Numbered from the stretch's first letter, positions 43,501 to 54,176 are shown. The stretch: 64,000 bases of DNA from Myxococcota bacterium (GCA_036149055.1 JAYZQJ010000227.1:78761-142760); one strand, 5' to 3'. The notes: a model not told the origin generated them from the letters alone. Translations and numbers: made by a program.

Positions 43501-45945
43501 GTGAGCGAAGGACCGAATCAACGAGGTGAGTTCCGGGAGGACGAGCAGTCCGACCTGTTCTCGCTCAAGTCCTACCAGTCCACCAACTCGATCCCGGTCA
43601 TCGAGCGGGTGCCGCTCACCAAGGAGGAGCTGCGGCGCCGCACGATCCTCCGGGTGGTCTACGGCGTCGCCGCCGCGGCCACCGTCGCCTTCGCGGTCTG
43701 GCTCTTCCTCCACCTCTCGCACCTGTCGGACGTGGAGGAGGCGATGCACGCGGCGAGCGACGACGGACGGGTCGCGTCGATCCGCAGCGCGCTCGACCTG
43801 CTCGACGGCGACGACGACGACGGCTCGGAGGCGATGAAGCTCCGGCTCCGAGCGATGCTCGTGCTCGCGGGCGAGGCGGAGTCGACCGCGCCGATCGCCG
43901 CCGGCCTCGCGGCGCTGCCCGAGGGAGACCCCGACGTCACGCGCGAGCGCGAGGTCGCCGAGATCTACCTCGCGCTCGCCGAGGGCAACCTCGAGGCGGC
44001 CATGCAGCACGCCTCGCAGGTCGTGGCCAGCGGTGACTACTCCGCCGAGGCCGCGCGGGCCCGAGCGATGGCGGCGCGCGCGGTGGGCAACGTGGACACC
44101 GCGTTCGACGCCGCGAGCCTCGCGGTGAACGAGCGCCCGGACGCGCCGCGCCACGTCGCGCTCCACGCCGAGCTCCTCGCGCGGCGCGGCGACACCGAGG
44201 GCGCGCTCCAGAGCCTCGACGCGCTCGGCACCGGCACCCCGGGCACCCGGATCGCGCGGGCCCGCATCATGGACCGGGCCGGCGCGGCGATCGACGCGGT
44301 CGCGGAGCACGCTCAGGCGGTGCTCGACGCGCCGGACGCGACCATGCACGAGAAGGCCTGGGCACGCCTGCTCCTCGCCGCCGCCGCCGCCGCCGCCGGC
44401 GACCGGGTCACCGCGCGCGAGCACCTCGACCAGGCTCAGGAGGTCGCGCCCCCGGGCGACGAGCTGTTCACCCTCGGGCTCGCCGAGGCCGCGCTCCGCA
44501 TCCAGGCCAATCACCTCGCGGCGGAGGTCGCCGAGAACCTGCCGAGCCCGCTCTCGGTCGACGCCGGCCGGCGCGCGCAGCTCAACGCCGAGCTCGCGCT
44601 CTCGCGGAGGGATCTCCGCGCCGCCGAGGCCGCGCTCCAGCACGCGCCCGCGGACGCCGCCCGGACCCGGCTGGCGCGCGCGCGGCTGCTGCAGGCCCGC
44701 GGTCGCGTGGACGAGGCCCGCGCGCTCTACCGCCAGGCCGCCGACGAGCCGGGCTACCGCGTGCCGGCCACCGTGCATCAGGCGGCGATGGAGCTCGAGC
44801 AGGGCGAGGCGGCGCGGGCGGTCGAGCTGGCCGCGCCGCTCCTGACCGAGCACCCGAACCACCCCGACGTCGTGCCGGTCGCGGTCGAGGCCCAGCTCGG
44901 CGAGGGGCACGCGGAGCAGGCGATGGCCCTGGTCACCCCGGCGCTCGAGCGGCACCCGCGTGACGTCCGGCTGCTGGCGGCCAAGGCCCACGTGCAGATG
45001 GCCCTCGAGCAGTGGGAGGCGGCGCTCGGCACCCTCGACACCGCGCTGCGCATCGAAGACGACGACGCCGACCTGCACGCCGATCGCGGCCGCGCCGCCC
45101 GTCGCCTCGATCGCCTCGAGGTCGCGCGCGAGGCCTTCGACCGCGCGCTCGCCCTGAACGAGAGCCACCCGATCGCGCTCGTCGGCCGCCTCGAGCTCGA
45201 CGTGCTCGACTACCGGCCGGCCGAGGGCCGCCAGATCCTCGACCGCATCGACGAGGCCGAGGTCGACTCGCTCGAGGTCGAGCGCCTGCGCGGCCGCCTC
45301 CTGATGATGGAGATCGCCGGGCAGAGCGGCGTGCGCGAGATGCGGACCGCGCTCGACGACCACAGCCGCGACCCCGAGCTGACCATGGCCCTCGGCTGGC
45401 TCTACATGCAGGCCGAGCAGTACTCGCAGGCGGTGCGCACCTTCCAGCGCCTGGTCGGCACCGAGGAGGGCGGCGTCGAGGCCACCCTCGCGCGCGCGCT
45501 CGCCCAGATCCGCATGCGGGCCAGCAACCCCGCGCAGGCGACGCTCGAGAACCTCACCGAGGGCCTCGACGAGAGCACCCTGCCGCCCGCCACCCGCGCG
45601 CAGCTCCACGCCGTGCTCGCCCGCCTCGCGCTCGCCAACGACAGCCGCCCGCAGGCCGAGCGCGAGCTCGCCCAGGCGCTCGAGCTCGACCGTCGCAACA
45701 GCGAGGCGCACCTCGTGCGCGCCGAGATCCTCTCCGATCGCGACGAGGACGCCACCGAGTCCCTGCAGGCCGCGCTCACCGGCCGCCACCCCAGCAGCAA
45801 GCCCCTCGCGCTGCTGTCCATTCGCGAAGAGCAGGTCACCCGCGCCATCTGCGACTACGCCGATCGGTACCGTCGCGCGGCCCCGAACGGCCAGTTCGCC
45901 CGCGGCGTCTGGCGCGTCCAGCGCGACTGCCGTCAGCTCGATTGA
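43501..45945 (+). CDS. Membrane-anchored TPR repeat protein
   Basis: N-terminal TM followed by many Ala/Leu TPR-like helices. Confidence 0.8.
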   Translation: MSEGPNQRGEFREDEQSDLFSLKSYQSTNSIPVIERVPLTKEELRRRTILRVVYGVAAAATVAFAVWLFLHLSHLSDVEEAMHAASDDGRVASIRSALDLLDGDDDDGSEAMKLRLRAMLVLAGEAESTAPIAAGLAALPEGDPDVTREREVAEIYLALAEGNLEAAMQHASQVVASGDYSAEAARARAMAARAVGNVDTAFDAASLAVNERPDAPRHVALHAELLARRGDTEGALQSLDALGTGTPGTRIARARIMDRAGAAIDAVAEHAQAVLDAPDATMHEKAWARLLLAAAAAAAGDRVTAREHLDQAQEVAPPGDELFTLGLAEAALRIQANHLAAEVAENLPSPLSVDAGRRAQLNAELALSRRDLRAAEAALQHAPADAARTRLARARLLQARGRVDEARALYRQAADEPGYRVPATVHQAAMELEQGEAARAVELAAPLLTEHPNHPDVVPVAVEAQLGEGHAEQAMALVTPALERHPRDVRLLAAKAHVQMALEQWEAALGTLDTALRIEDDDADLHADRGRAARRLDRLEVAREAFDRALALNESHPIALVGRLELDVLDYRPAEGRQILDRIDEAEVDSLEVERLRGRLLMMEIAGQSGVREMRTALDDHSRDPELTMALGWLYMQAEQYSQAVRTFQRLVGTEEGGVEATLARALAQIRMRASNPAQATLENLTEGLDESTLPPATRAQLHAVLARLALANDSRPQAERELAQALELDRRNSEAHLVRAEILSDRDEDATESLQAALTGRHPSSKPLALLSIREEQVTRAICDYADRYRRAAPNGQFARGVWRVQRDCRQLD

Positions 45946-46065
45946 GGGGGGCAGCCCGGCCCAGGGCGGGGCGTAGCGTCACGATCGGCGGCCCCGCGGC
46001 CCCCGCGGGGGGCGGAGGCACGGGAGATGCGACGTGGTTCTCGGCACGAAAGGAGCCCAAGAACC

Positions 46066-46524
46066 ATGGCCGAGAACATCTACGACGTGCTGCGCGACGA
46101 GCACCAGACCCAGCGCACGCTCATCGACCTCATCGAGAAGACCCACGGCGACTCCAAGGGACGCCGGGAGCTCTTCGAGCGACTGAAGGTCGAGGCCCTC
46201 TCGCACGCCGCGGTCGAGGAGCGCGTCTTCTACTCGACGCTGATCGCGGACGAGCAGACCCGGAGCAAGGCCGGCCACTCGGTCGAGGAGCACAACGAGG
46301 CCGAGGAGATCTTCGAGGAGCTGGCCGAGATGGACATGAGCAGCACCGGCTGGCTCAACCGCTTCCACACCCTCGCCCACGAGCTCCGTCATCACATGGA
46401 CGAAGAGGAGCAAGAGGTCTTCCAGCTCGCGGGCAAGGTCCTGTCGAAGAAGCAGGAGCGTCAGATGGCGCAGCAGTTCCGCAAGGAGAAGCCCGCGCAG
46501 AAGGAAGCCGAGAAGGCGGCCTGA
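46066..46524 (+). CDS. Hemerythrin (HHE) domain protein
   Basis: LRDEH, HAAVEERVFY, EEHNEAE, HHMDEEEQEVF. AAGGAG SD. Confidence 0.9.
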   Translation: MAENIYDVLRDEHQTQRTLIDLIEKTHGDSKGRRELFERLKVEALSHAAVEERVFYSTLIADEQTRSKAGHSVEEHNEAEEIFEELAEMDMSSTGWLNRFHTLAHELRHHMDEEEQEVFQLAGKVLSKKQERQMAQQFRKEKPAQKEAEKAA

Positions 46525-46543
46525 CCGACGAGGAGGTCAGGTC

Positions 46544-48700
46544 TCACTGCTCGGCGACGGAGCCCTCGGACGAGGGCAGGGCGCCGAGCAGCTCCTGGGC
46601 CATGGCGTACTCGTAGAAGCTGACCATGCCGCTCTCGAGCACGCTCTGGAAGAGCTCGCGCGCGCCGGGGACGTCGCCCGCGCCGAGGCGTCGGGTGCCC
46701 TCGTAGAAGGCGGCCTCCGCGCGCTCGCCGTCGTCGTCCGCCGCCTCGACGAGGTCGCCGTAGGGCATCTCGCCGCGGGCGTAGGCCGCGAGGCGCGAGC
46801 TCCAGCCGTCGCCCCGGGAGAGGTCGCGGAGCAGGATGCCGACCTCACGCTCGGGCTCGCTCGAGGCGCGGGCCGCGATCGCCTGCACCCAGAGCGCGAA
46901 GTAGACCTTCCACTGCGGCTCGAGGGTGAGCTGGTAGTTCGCGCGGCGCAGCACCTGCTGGGCGAGCTCCAGGTTCGGCTGGCTGACGACCAGGTGGGCG
47001 AGGATCGCCGCGTAGGGCTCGCGCCAGCTCGGCGCCGCGTCCATCGCGTTGCCGAACGACTCCATCGCCGCCTCGGTGTTGCCGAGCCGGCTGTGCAGCA
47101 CGCCGCGCCGGACCTCCACCACCGAGCGCCGCGGGCCGCGGACCTGCTCGATGAGGTCGTTCCAGAGCGCGAGGGACTGGCGGTACATGCGCTCCGCCTG
47201 GCGCTCGTCGCCGGCGATGCGCTGCGCGTCGCCGAGGTGCTCGAGCAGCTCCGCGCGCTCGGCCGCCCCCTCGGGGCCGCTCTCGGTGATCAGGTCGAGC
47301 GCCGCCCGGTAGTGACGCGCCGAGTCCGCGCCCTGGCCGACCCGCTCGAGCAGGAGCCCGAGCTGGATGTGCGCCTCGCGGGTCTCGTCGGCGGCGAGGC
47401 TGGCCTCGAGCCGCTCCCGCGCCTCGGCCACGTTGCCGGCGCTCATCTCGGCCCGGCCCAGCTGCAGCAGCAGCTCGCTTCGGCTCACCGACGGCGCGCG
47501 GTCCGGCCAGCGGCGCTGCCGCTCCTCGAGCATCTCGAGGGCGTGGCGCGCGATCACGCGGCTCTGGCTCACGTCGGCCTCGAAGAGCCCCTCCTCCATC
47601 ATGGAGTCGAGCTGCCCGAGGGCCTCGTCGTAGACCTCGCGGTCGTCGGGCGCGAGCCGCACCGCCTCGGCGTACCAGGCGGTCGCCGCGCCCACCTCGT
47701 TCTGCTCCATCGCCACGCGGGCGAGGCAGACCGGGAAGCGGGCGTCGTCGGGGAAGCGGCGGATGCCGAGCCGGCACACCGCCTCGGAGACGTTCGGACG
47801 GGCGCGCACGAAGCCCTGGGCGAGCTCGGAGAGCGACGTGGCGCCGCCCTCGTTGTTCTCGCGGGCGCGCTCGAGGAGCTGGAGGAGGCGCTGCTCCACG
47901 CCGCTCTGATCCCCCATGCGCTCGACGTGCTCGATCGCGCTCTGGAGATCGCCGTGCCGCAGGTAGACCGCGGCCACGTCGAGGGGCGCGCGCTGCACGA
48001 GGAGCGGCGCGAGCCGCAGCTGCTGGAAGCTCAGGCGACCCGGCGCGTTGCCGCCCTGCCCCTCCGGGCCGAAGGCGCCGATGAGCGCGTCGCGCTGCTC
48101 GACGTAGAGGCGAGCGAGCGTGGTGAGCACCTCGGGCGCCGGCGCGATCTCCTCGTGCTGCTCCCAGACCTGGATGAGATCGCCGTAGCGCTCGAGCGGG
48201 TTCTCGATGCCCGCGCGCGCGTCCCGGCCCCAGCGGGCGACCTGCTCGCGCTCCGCGGCGCTGCCCTCCTCGCCGATGGCGTGCAGGAGCAGCAGCGCGC
48301 CCATCACCCGGCCCTCGTCGCCGCGCGGCGAGCCCCGCTCGACCACCCACCGCGCCACCGGGGCCACGTCCGCCGGCACGCGGCCGTCGCCCACGTCGGC
48401 GGGGGTCAACAGCGACGCGATCTCGGCGAGGTGCTCGACCACCGCGTCGTAGTCGCCCTCCTCGAGCAGCTCCGGCGAGCGGGCGGAGAGGTGCGCGATC
48501 AGCGCGTCGCGCCAGGCCACCCGCGACGGGTCGTCCGGCTCCATCTGCCAGTACGCGCGCTCCACCTCGTGGAACGTCTCGGCGGTGACCTCCGGGGGCT
48601 GCCCCGCTTGGCCCGCGTGCCGGGCTCCGGTGGCGGGACCGCCGCACGCGAGAGAGAGCAGGCAGAGCGAGAGGATCAGGGCGCGAGAAGCTTTGGCCAT
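46544..48700 (-). CDS. TPR repeat lipoprotein
   Basis: MAKASRALILSLCLLSLAC lipobox, TPR-like helices, NlpI-like ending EAAFYEG..FYEYAMA. Confidence 0.8.
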   Translation of the reverse strand: MAKASRALILSLCLLSLACGGPATGARHAGQAGQPPEVTAETFHEVERAYWQMEPDDPSRVAWRDALIAHLSARSPELLEEGDYDAVVEHLAEIASLLTPADVGDGRVPADVAPVARWVVERGSPRGDEGRVMGALLLLHAIGEEGSAAEREQVARWGRDARAGIENPLERYGDLIQVWEQHEEIAPAPEVLTTLARLYVEQRDALIGAFGPEGQGGNAPGRLSFQQLRLAPLLVQRAPLDVAAVYLRHGDLQSAIEHVERMGDQSGVEQRLLQLLERARENNEGGATSLSELAQGFVRARPNVSEAVCRLGIRRFPDDARFPVCLARVAMEQNEVGAATAWYAEAVRLAPDDREVYDEALGQLDSMMEEGLFEADVSQSRVIARHALEMLEERQRRWPDRAPSVSRSELLLQLGRAEMSAGNVAEARERLEASLAADETREAHIQLGLLLERVGQGADSARHYRAALDLITESGPEGAAERAELLEHLGDAQRIAGDERQAERMYRQSLALWNDLIEQVRGPRRSVVEVRRGVLHSRLGNTEAAMESFGNAMDAAPSWREPYAAILAHLVVSQPNLELAQQVLRRANYQLTLEPQWKVYFALWVQAIAARASSEPEREVGILLRDLSRGDGWSSRLAAYARGEMPYGDLVEAADDDGERAEAAFYEGTRRLGAGDVPGARELFQSVLESGMVSFYEYAMAQELLGALPSSEGSVAEQ

Positions 48701-48778
48701 GTTCGCCGCAGCGTAGCCCGGATCGCCGGATTCCTCACGCGATGCGCGGACATGGCGGAGCGACCGGAAACGGCGTAG

Positions 48779-49648
48779 GTGATGGCCATGCTCCTCGGTC
48801 CGCGCGGCGCCGTGACCGTGCTCGGCGCGCTCGGGCTGCTCTTCGTCGTGGTGGCGGTGACGCTGGGCGCGCTGAGCCTCTCGGCCGGGCTCACGGCCCT
48901 CTTCTCGGGGGCGGCCTTCGGGCAGGCGCTCGACGAGACCTGGGTCCAGCCGGTCGTCGTGCAGCTCTCGCTGCTCACCGGGCTGCTGGTGGCGACCGGG
49001 CTCGGCACGGCGGCGGCGTGGGGGCGCGAGCTGACCTACCGCGAGGCGCTCGACATCAACCCGGTGCCGGCCGCGATCATCGTCCTGGCCATCGTGGGCG
49101 GGCTGGCGCTCCAGTTCCCGCTCCGCGAGCTGGTGAACCTCATCGTCGACCTCGCCGGCGGCGCCGCAATGAGCCTCGACCAGCAGCTGCTCCTCCAGCA
49201 GGCGGTGCGCATCGACTCCATCGCCGACGCGCTGCTGGTGCCGCTGACGATCGTCGCCGCGCCGGCCATCGGCGAGGAGCTGCTCTTCCGAGGCCTCCTG
49301 CTGCCGGGGCTCTCCTATCGCTACGGCGATCGGGTCGGCCTCGTGCTCAGCGCCGCGCTCTTCGCGCTCATCCACGGCGCGCCCGCGCTCATCGCGATGG
49401 TCTTCGTCGCCGGCCTGGTGCTCGGCGTGATCCGTCAGCGCACCGGCTCGATCCTGCCCTGCGTGGCGATGCACGGCGCGTTCAACGCGGTGCCGGTGCT
49501 GCTGCCCGCCTCGGTGGTGCGGATCGAGGGCTTCAACACCGTCGGCGCCGACGTGTACCATCTGCCGCTGGGCCTGGCCCTCGGCGGCGCGCTGGTGGCC
49601 GCCGCGAGCGTGATGGCCATCGCGCGGCTGAGCGGTGAGCGTGACTGA
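48779..49648 (+). CDS. CPBP (CAAX protease II/Abi) intramembrane protease
   Basis: GEELLFRG, FALIH, AMHGAFN, multiple TMs. Confidence 0.9.
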   Translation: MMAMLLGPRGAVTVLGALGLLFVVVAVTLGALSLSAGLTALFSGAAFGQALDETWVQPVVVQLSLLTGLLVATGLGTAAAWGRELTYREALDINPVPAAIIVLAIVGGLALQFPLRELVNLIVDLAGGAAMSLDQQLLLQQAVRIDSIADALLVPLTIVAAPAIGEELLFRGLLLPGLSYRYGDRVGLVLSAALFALIHGAPALIAMVFVAGLVLGVIRQRTGSILPCVAMHGAFNAVPVLLPASVVRIEGFNTVGADVYHLPLGLALGGALVAAASVMAIARLSGERD

Positions 49649-50711
49649 ACGAGCGAAGATCGGGCTCTGCCTGGGCGGCGGCGGCATCACCGGCGTGATG
49701 TACGAGGTCGGCTGCCTGGCCGCGCTCGAGGAGACCTTCGAGGGCTTCAGCGCCGCGGACTTCGACGTCTACGTGGGCAGCTCGAGCGGCTCGACGCTGG
49801 CCGCGGTGCTCGCCGGGGGCCACTCCGCGCTCCGCCTCTATCGCGCGCTCCTCGACCCGGCCGACGACTTCTTCAACCTGCGCCGCAACCACCTCCTCCG
49901 CCTCGACGCGAAGGAGTGGCGCCGGGTCGCGACCAGCGTCGTCGGCGCGGTCCGCCGCTTCGTCTCGAGCGCCGCCTCGAGCCCCCTCGACCTCGACGTC
50001 TGGAACGAGCTGGATCGATTCTGGGACTCGCTCCCCGCCGGCATCTTCACGCTCGACGCCTACGAGCGCTTCCTCGAGGGCTTCATGGCCCGGCGGCAGA
50101 TCCCGCAGGACTTCGACGCCCTCGAGCGCCGCCTCTACCTCGTGGCCAACGACCTCGATCGCGGCGAGCGCGCGGTCTTCGGCGACGGCGACCTCGCGGA
50201 CGTGCCGGTCGGGCGCGCGATCTGCGCATCGAGCGCGATACCGCTCTTGTTCGCGCCGGTTCGGATCGACGGGCGCGACTACATCGACGGCGGCATGGGC
50301 GACGTGGCCCACGCGGACCTCGCGGCGAACGCCGGCTGCTCGGTGGTGCTGATCATCAACCCGATGGTCCCGGTCCGGGCGGACGGCGCGAGCGGGGCCG
50401 TCCCGACGGGGCACGGGCCGCGGAGCCGGGTGCGCGACAAGGGCCTCATCTGGGTCTACAGCCAGGCCTGGCGCCTGCGGAGCGAGGCCCGCCTCCTCGA
50501 GGGCATCCGCAAGTACGAGCTGGATCATCCGGGCACCGAGCTGCTCCTGCTCGAGCCCGAGCCCGACGACGCCACGATGTTCATGTACAGCCCGATGAAC
50601 TTCGCCGCCCGCCGCGCGATCCTCGAGGACGGCTACCGCCGCACCCGCGAGGCGCTCGAAGCCGAGGGCTCGCCCCTGCGCGCCCACCTCGAAGCCGCCA
50701 TCTCGAGCTGA
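49635..50711 (+). CDS. Patatin-like phospholipase
   Basis: LGGGGITG, GSSSG nucleophile elbow, ASSAIP, DGG. Confidence 0.92.
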   Translation: MSVTERAKIGLCLGGGGITGVMYEVGCLAALEETFEGFSAADFDVYVGSSSGSTLAAVLAGGHSALRLYRALLDPADDFFNLRRNHLLRLDAKEWRRVATSVVGAVRRFVSSAASSPLDLDVWNELDRFWDSLPAGIFTLDAYERFLEGFMARRQIPQDFDALERRLYLVANDLDRGERAVFGDGDLADVPVGRAICASSAIPLLFAPVRIDGRDYIDGGMGDVAHADLAANAGCSVVLIINPMVPVRADGASGAVPTGHGPRSRVRDKGLIWVYSQAWRLRSEARLLEGIRKYELDHPGTELLLLEPEPDDATMFMYSPMNFAARRAILEDGYRRTREALEAEGSPLRAHLEAAISS

Positions 50712-51182
50712 TCAGCGGATCGGAGCGCCGGGCGTCTTCGGGACGTCGCGGTACTCGGGGTGGCGCACGGTGACCACCGGGACGTGCGCGGTGCGGACCA
50801 CGCGCTCGGCGACCGATCCGACGAGGAGGCGGCGCAGGCCGGTGCGGCCGTGGGTGCCGAGCACGATGAGATCGACCTCGGGATCGTGCGAGGCCTCGAC
50901 GATCGCCTCGTACGGGATGCCGCTCTGGAGGCGCGCCTCGAGATCGACGCCCCCCCGATGGCGGTTCACGAGCTCGCGGAGCTGCTCGCCCAGGCGCGCG
51001 TGACGCTCCTCGATGAGCCCCGCCTCGCCCGGCACGCCGAAGCTCGAGAAGTCGTCGACGTGCAGCACGCGGACCCTGGCGCCGTGCACCCGCGCGAGGA
51101 ACAGCGCGTAGCGCAGCGCCTCCTCGGAGCCGAGCGAGAAGTCGACGGGACACAGGATCGTACGCAGCTCCGGGTCGGCCAC
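50712..51182 (-). CDS. Universal stress protein (UspA family)
   Basis: ILCPVDFS..ALRYA, DLIVLGTHGRTGLRRLLVGSVAERVVR. GTG start inferred. Confidence 0.92.
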   Translation of the reverse strand: MADPELRTILCPVDFSLGSEEALRYALFLARVHGARVRVLHVDDFSSFGVPGEAGLIEERHARLGEQLRELVNRHRGGVDLEARLQSGIPYEAIVEASHDPEVDLIVLGTHGRTGLRRLLVGSVAERVVRTAHVPVVTVRHPEYRDVPKTPGAPIR

Positions 51183-51278
51183 GCTGCCCAGATACGCACG
51201 TCGGCCTCGATCGCCCGCGGCGGTGCACCGGAGGTGTAAGCGGGCGCGCGCGGCCGCGTTGGGGAGGCGGAGGTGACG

Positions 51279-52145
51279 ATGCGACCGACCGCGATCTCGA
51301 TGATGATTCTCGCCCTGCTCCCCCGGCTCGCCGCGGCCCAGACCCTGCGAGTGGACGTGGAGGCCGAGGGCGTGCTGCCCGCCGCGCCGGTGGAGGCGAC
51401 GATCGCGGTGGACGACGGCGAGGTCCCGGTGGTGGTCGTCGTGCCGGTCGACGAGCCGGTGGAAGAGACGGTCGAGAGACCGCAGCTGCCGGCGCCTCCC
51501 TCCCCCGCGCCGCCCCCGAGGGCGATCGTCGCTCCCGCCCCGGAAGAAGAGCCGGAGGAGGAGCTCCAGGGCTGGGTGGCCTTCGGGGGCTGGGCCGAGG
51601 GCCTGGAGCTGTCGAGCCTCGACTTCGACCTCTCGAGCCCCGAGGTCTCGGCCCTCGCGGGCACCCGGATCGGGCCCGGACAGGGCCTCGGCAACAGCAC
51701 GGTCGGCGGGGTGATGTTCGGCTTCGGCATGCGCGCCGAGGGCATCCTCCGCATGCCCGAGCTGCGCGTCCTGATCGGCGGCGGAGACACCGGCGGCTCG
51801 TGGACGCGGGTCGACGGATCCAGCCTCGAGGTCCAGACCCGCGGCGTCTTCGTGATCCAGCTCGAGGCGGCGGCGGGGCTCCAGGTCGAGCTCGGGCCGG
51901 TCGTCCCCTACGTGCTCGGGCGCGCGTCGATCGGCGGCGCCTTCCTCGACGTGAACGTGCGCGACGACCGCCTGGGCGAGCTGGGCACCGAGCACCCGGA
52001 CGCGCTGCTCCTCCAGGCCGGGATCGAGGCGGGCGTCGAGGTCCGCGCCGGCGACGGGCTCGCCATCTCCGGCGCCTTCCGCGGCAGCTTCGCCGGCACG
52101 CCCAGCTACGGCGGCGTGGTCACCCTCGGGTTCGTCGGGGAGTGA
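51279..52145 (+). CDS. Secreted protein, Pro-rich linker + probable beta-barrel
   Basis: Signal peptide (AAAQ), Pro-rich segment, alternating Gly/hydrophobic strands. GGAGG SD. Confidence 0.7.
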   Translation: MRPTAISMMILALLPRLAAAQTLRVDVEAEGVLPAAPVEATIAVDDGEVPVVVVVPVDEPVEETVERPQLPAPPSPAPPPRAIVAPAPEEEPEEELQGWVAFGGWAEGLELSSLDFDLSSPEVSALAGTRIGPGQGLGNSTVGGVMFGFGMRAEGILRMPELRVLIGGGDTGGSWTRVDGSSLEVQTRGVFVIQLEAAAGLQVELGPVVPYVLGRASIGGAFLDVNVRDDRLGELGTEHPDALLLQAGIEAGVEVRAGDGLAISGAFRGSFAGTPSYGGVVTLGFVGE

Positions 52146-52233
52146 CGCGGGTGGCGGCTCGACTGGCCACCGGGGGCCGATCCGGCGCCCCGAGACGCCA
52201 CCTTTCTGGGCGGCGATCGCGCGGAACGCTGCA

Positions 52234-52248
52234 TGGCACGCCCGATGC
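52234..52248 (+). promoter_or_regulatory. Sigma54-type motif upstream of the peptidase gene
   Basis: TGGCACGCCCGATGC (GG-N10-GC). Confidence 0.5.
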
Positions 52249-52263
52249 GCTAGCATCGCGACC

Positions 52264-54120
52264 ATGCGCTTCACCCGTTCCTCCCGCTGGCTGTTCGCCG
52301 GCATCGCCCTCGCGCTGACCTCCACCGGCTGCGCGACCGAAGACCCGTCCTCGCCCACCGGGGACGACTTCCCGCTCTCCGACGTCGACGCGATCTACGC
52401 CGACGCCCCCGACGACCGCTGCATGAGCTGCCCGGTCGACGGAAAGGCCGACGAGGTCCTCCCGGAGACCTTCGACCTGATGGAGATCCAGACCGCGGTC
52501 CGCTCCCAGGGCAGCCGCGGGACCTGCACCATCTTCGCGACCGCCGCGCTGATGGAGAGCCTCTACCTGGCCGAGGGCACCATCGAGAACCCCGACTTCT
52601 CGGAGCAGTTCCTCCAGTGGTCGGCCAAGCTCGAGCTCGGCTCGTTCCCGAACAGCTCGGGCAGCAACCCCAGCTACAACCTCCGCGCGATCAACCGCTA
52701 CGGCGTCGTGGAGGAGCGGTTCTGGCCGTACGAGAGCTCCGAGTGGGGCACCTCGAACGACCCGATGTGCACCGGCGACAGCCGCCCGACCTACTGCTAC
52801 ACGAACGGGCAGCCCCCCGAGGAGGCGCTCGCCGCGCAGCGCTTCCACCTCCCGGCCGGTCGCTGGATCAACCCGAGCGCCCGCTCGCTCAAGGGCCACA
52901 TGGTCTCGACCCGCACCCCGGTCGTGGTCAGCGGCGACTTCTTCTACCAGTCGTGGAACCACGGCCGCAGCAACCTGACCACCAACAGCGAGTACTCGCG
53001 CAACGGCTACGTGCTCAGCCCGAACGACGCGGACATCGAGGACTCGAGCGGTGACCGCCGCGCCGGCCACGGCTTCCTGCTCGTCGGCTGGGACGACAAC
53101 CTCTCGGTCCCGCGCGTGGACGGCGAGGGCAACGAGACCGGCGAGATGGAGACCGGCTTCTTCCTCTTCAAGAACAGCTGGGGCACCGGCCGCTTCGGGG
53201 TGAACAACCCGCACGGCGCCGGCTACGGCTGGATCTCCTACCGCTACGTCCAGGAGCACCTCACCGCCTACGTCTCGGGTCTCCCGGACGTGATGATCCC
53301 CGAGGTCTGCAACGACGGCGTCGACAACGACCGCAACGGCGCGGCCGACTGCGCCGACGCCGCCTGCGCCGGCGAGCGCGCCTGCATGGACCCGAGCGAC
53401 GAGCTCCGCAACGACACCCCGACCGAGATCCCCGACAACGACCCGGCCGGCGCCCGCAGCGTCATCGAGGTCGCCGAGGGCGGCACCATCAGCTCGCTCG
53501 CGGTCAGCGTCGACATCACCCACAGCTACCGCGGCGACCTCAGCGTCCGCCTCGTGCGTGACGACGGGGTCGAGGCGACCCTCCAGGAGCGCACCGGCGG
53601 CAGCGCCGACGACCTCGTGCACACCTTCGACGTGACCGAGTTCAACGGCACCGACGCGGCCGGCGTCTACACCCTGGTCGTCAGCGACCACGCGAGCGCC
53701 GACACCGGCGTGCTCAACAGCTGGAGCATGGAGCTCACCCGCTGCACCACCGACTGCGGCGGCACCCCGATGGCGCGCCCGCCGGTCGACGGCGACGCTC
53801 CGGTGGCGATCCCGGACGACGGTCAGGTCACCACCACCGCGGACGTGAGCGAGGGCGGCGAGATCACGGCGATGAGCGTCGAGGTCGACATCACCCACAC
53901 CTTCCCCTACGAGCTGACCCTCCGCTTCGGGCGTGAGGGCGGCAGCGAGTTCGTGCTCCTCACCGAGTCGAGCGCGTCGGGCGGCATCCAGCGCACCTTC
54001 GACGTCCCGCAGTTCATCGGCGAGGACGCGGCGGGCACCTGGCGCCTCACCGTGGTCGACGGCGCGGCCGGCGACACCGGCACCGTCGACGCCTGGCGGC
54101 TGCACGTCACCACCCGCTGA
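52264..54120 (+). CDS. Papain-family (C1) cysteine peptidase lipoprotein with two proprotein-convertase P domains
   Basis: LTSTGC lipobox, GKAD, QGSRGTC (Gln/Cys), GHGFLLVGWDD (His), FKNSWG (Asn), two VDITH..(D/E)L P-domains. Confidence 0.9.
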   Translation: MRFTRSSRWLFAGIALALTSTGCATEDPSSPTGDDFPLSDVDAIYADAPDDRCMSCPVDGKADEVLPETFDLMEIQTAVRSQGSRGTCTIFATAALMESLYLAEGTIENPDFSEQFLQWSAKLELGSFPNSSGSNPSYNLRAINRYGVVEERFWPYESSEWGTSNDPMCTGDSRPTYCYTNGQPPEEALAAQRFHLPAGRWINPSARSLKGHMVSTRTPVVVSGDFFYQSWNHGRSNLTTNSEYSRNGYVLSPNDADIEDSSGDRRAGHGFLLVGWDDNLSVPRVDGEGNETGEMETGFFLFKNSWGTGRFGVNNPHGAGYGWISYRYVQEHLTAYVSGLPDVMIPEVCNDGVDNDRNGAADCADAACAGERACMDPSDELRNDTPTEIPDNDPAGARSVIEVAEGGTISSLAVSVDITHSYRGDLSVRLVRDDGVEATLQERTGGSADDLVHTFDVTEFNGTDAAGVYTLVVSDHASADTGVLNSWSMELTRCTTDCGGTPMARPPVDGDAPVAIPDDGQVTTTADVSEGGEITAMSVEVDITHTFPYELTLRFGREGGSEFVLLTESSASGGIQRTFDVPQFIGEDAAGTWRLTVVDGAAGDTGTVDAWRLHVTTR

Positions 54121-54139
54121 CCTTCGGCGGGCTCCCCAC

Positions 54140-54176
54140 CGAGCGCCGGTTCCCTCGCGGAGCCGGCGCTCGTTTC
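54140..54176 (+). terminator. Intrinsic terminator
   Basis: cgagcgccggttcc-ctcgc-ggagccggcgctcg followed by tttc. Confidence 0.65.

Noticed and set aside
48779..49648. CPBP protease as the myxosortase for the giant protein
   Set aside because: The broad family fits, but it lies 14 kb away, is coupled to a patatin gene, and shows nothing specific. An HMM test is needed.
46544..49690. 1048-aa version of the TPR protein
   Set aside because: The extension overlaps the CPBP gene antisense. The lipoprotein signal begins at 48700.
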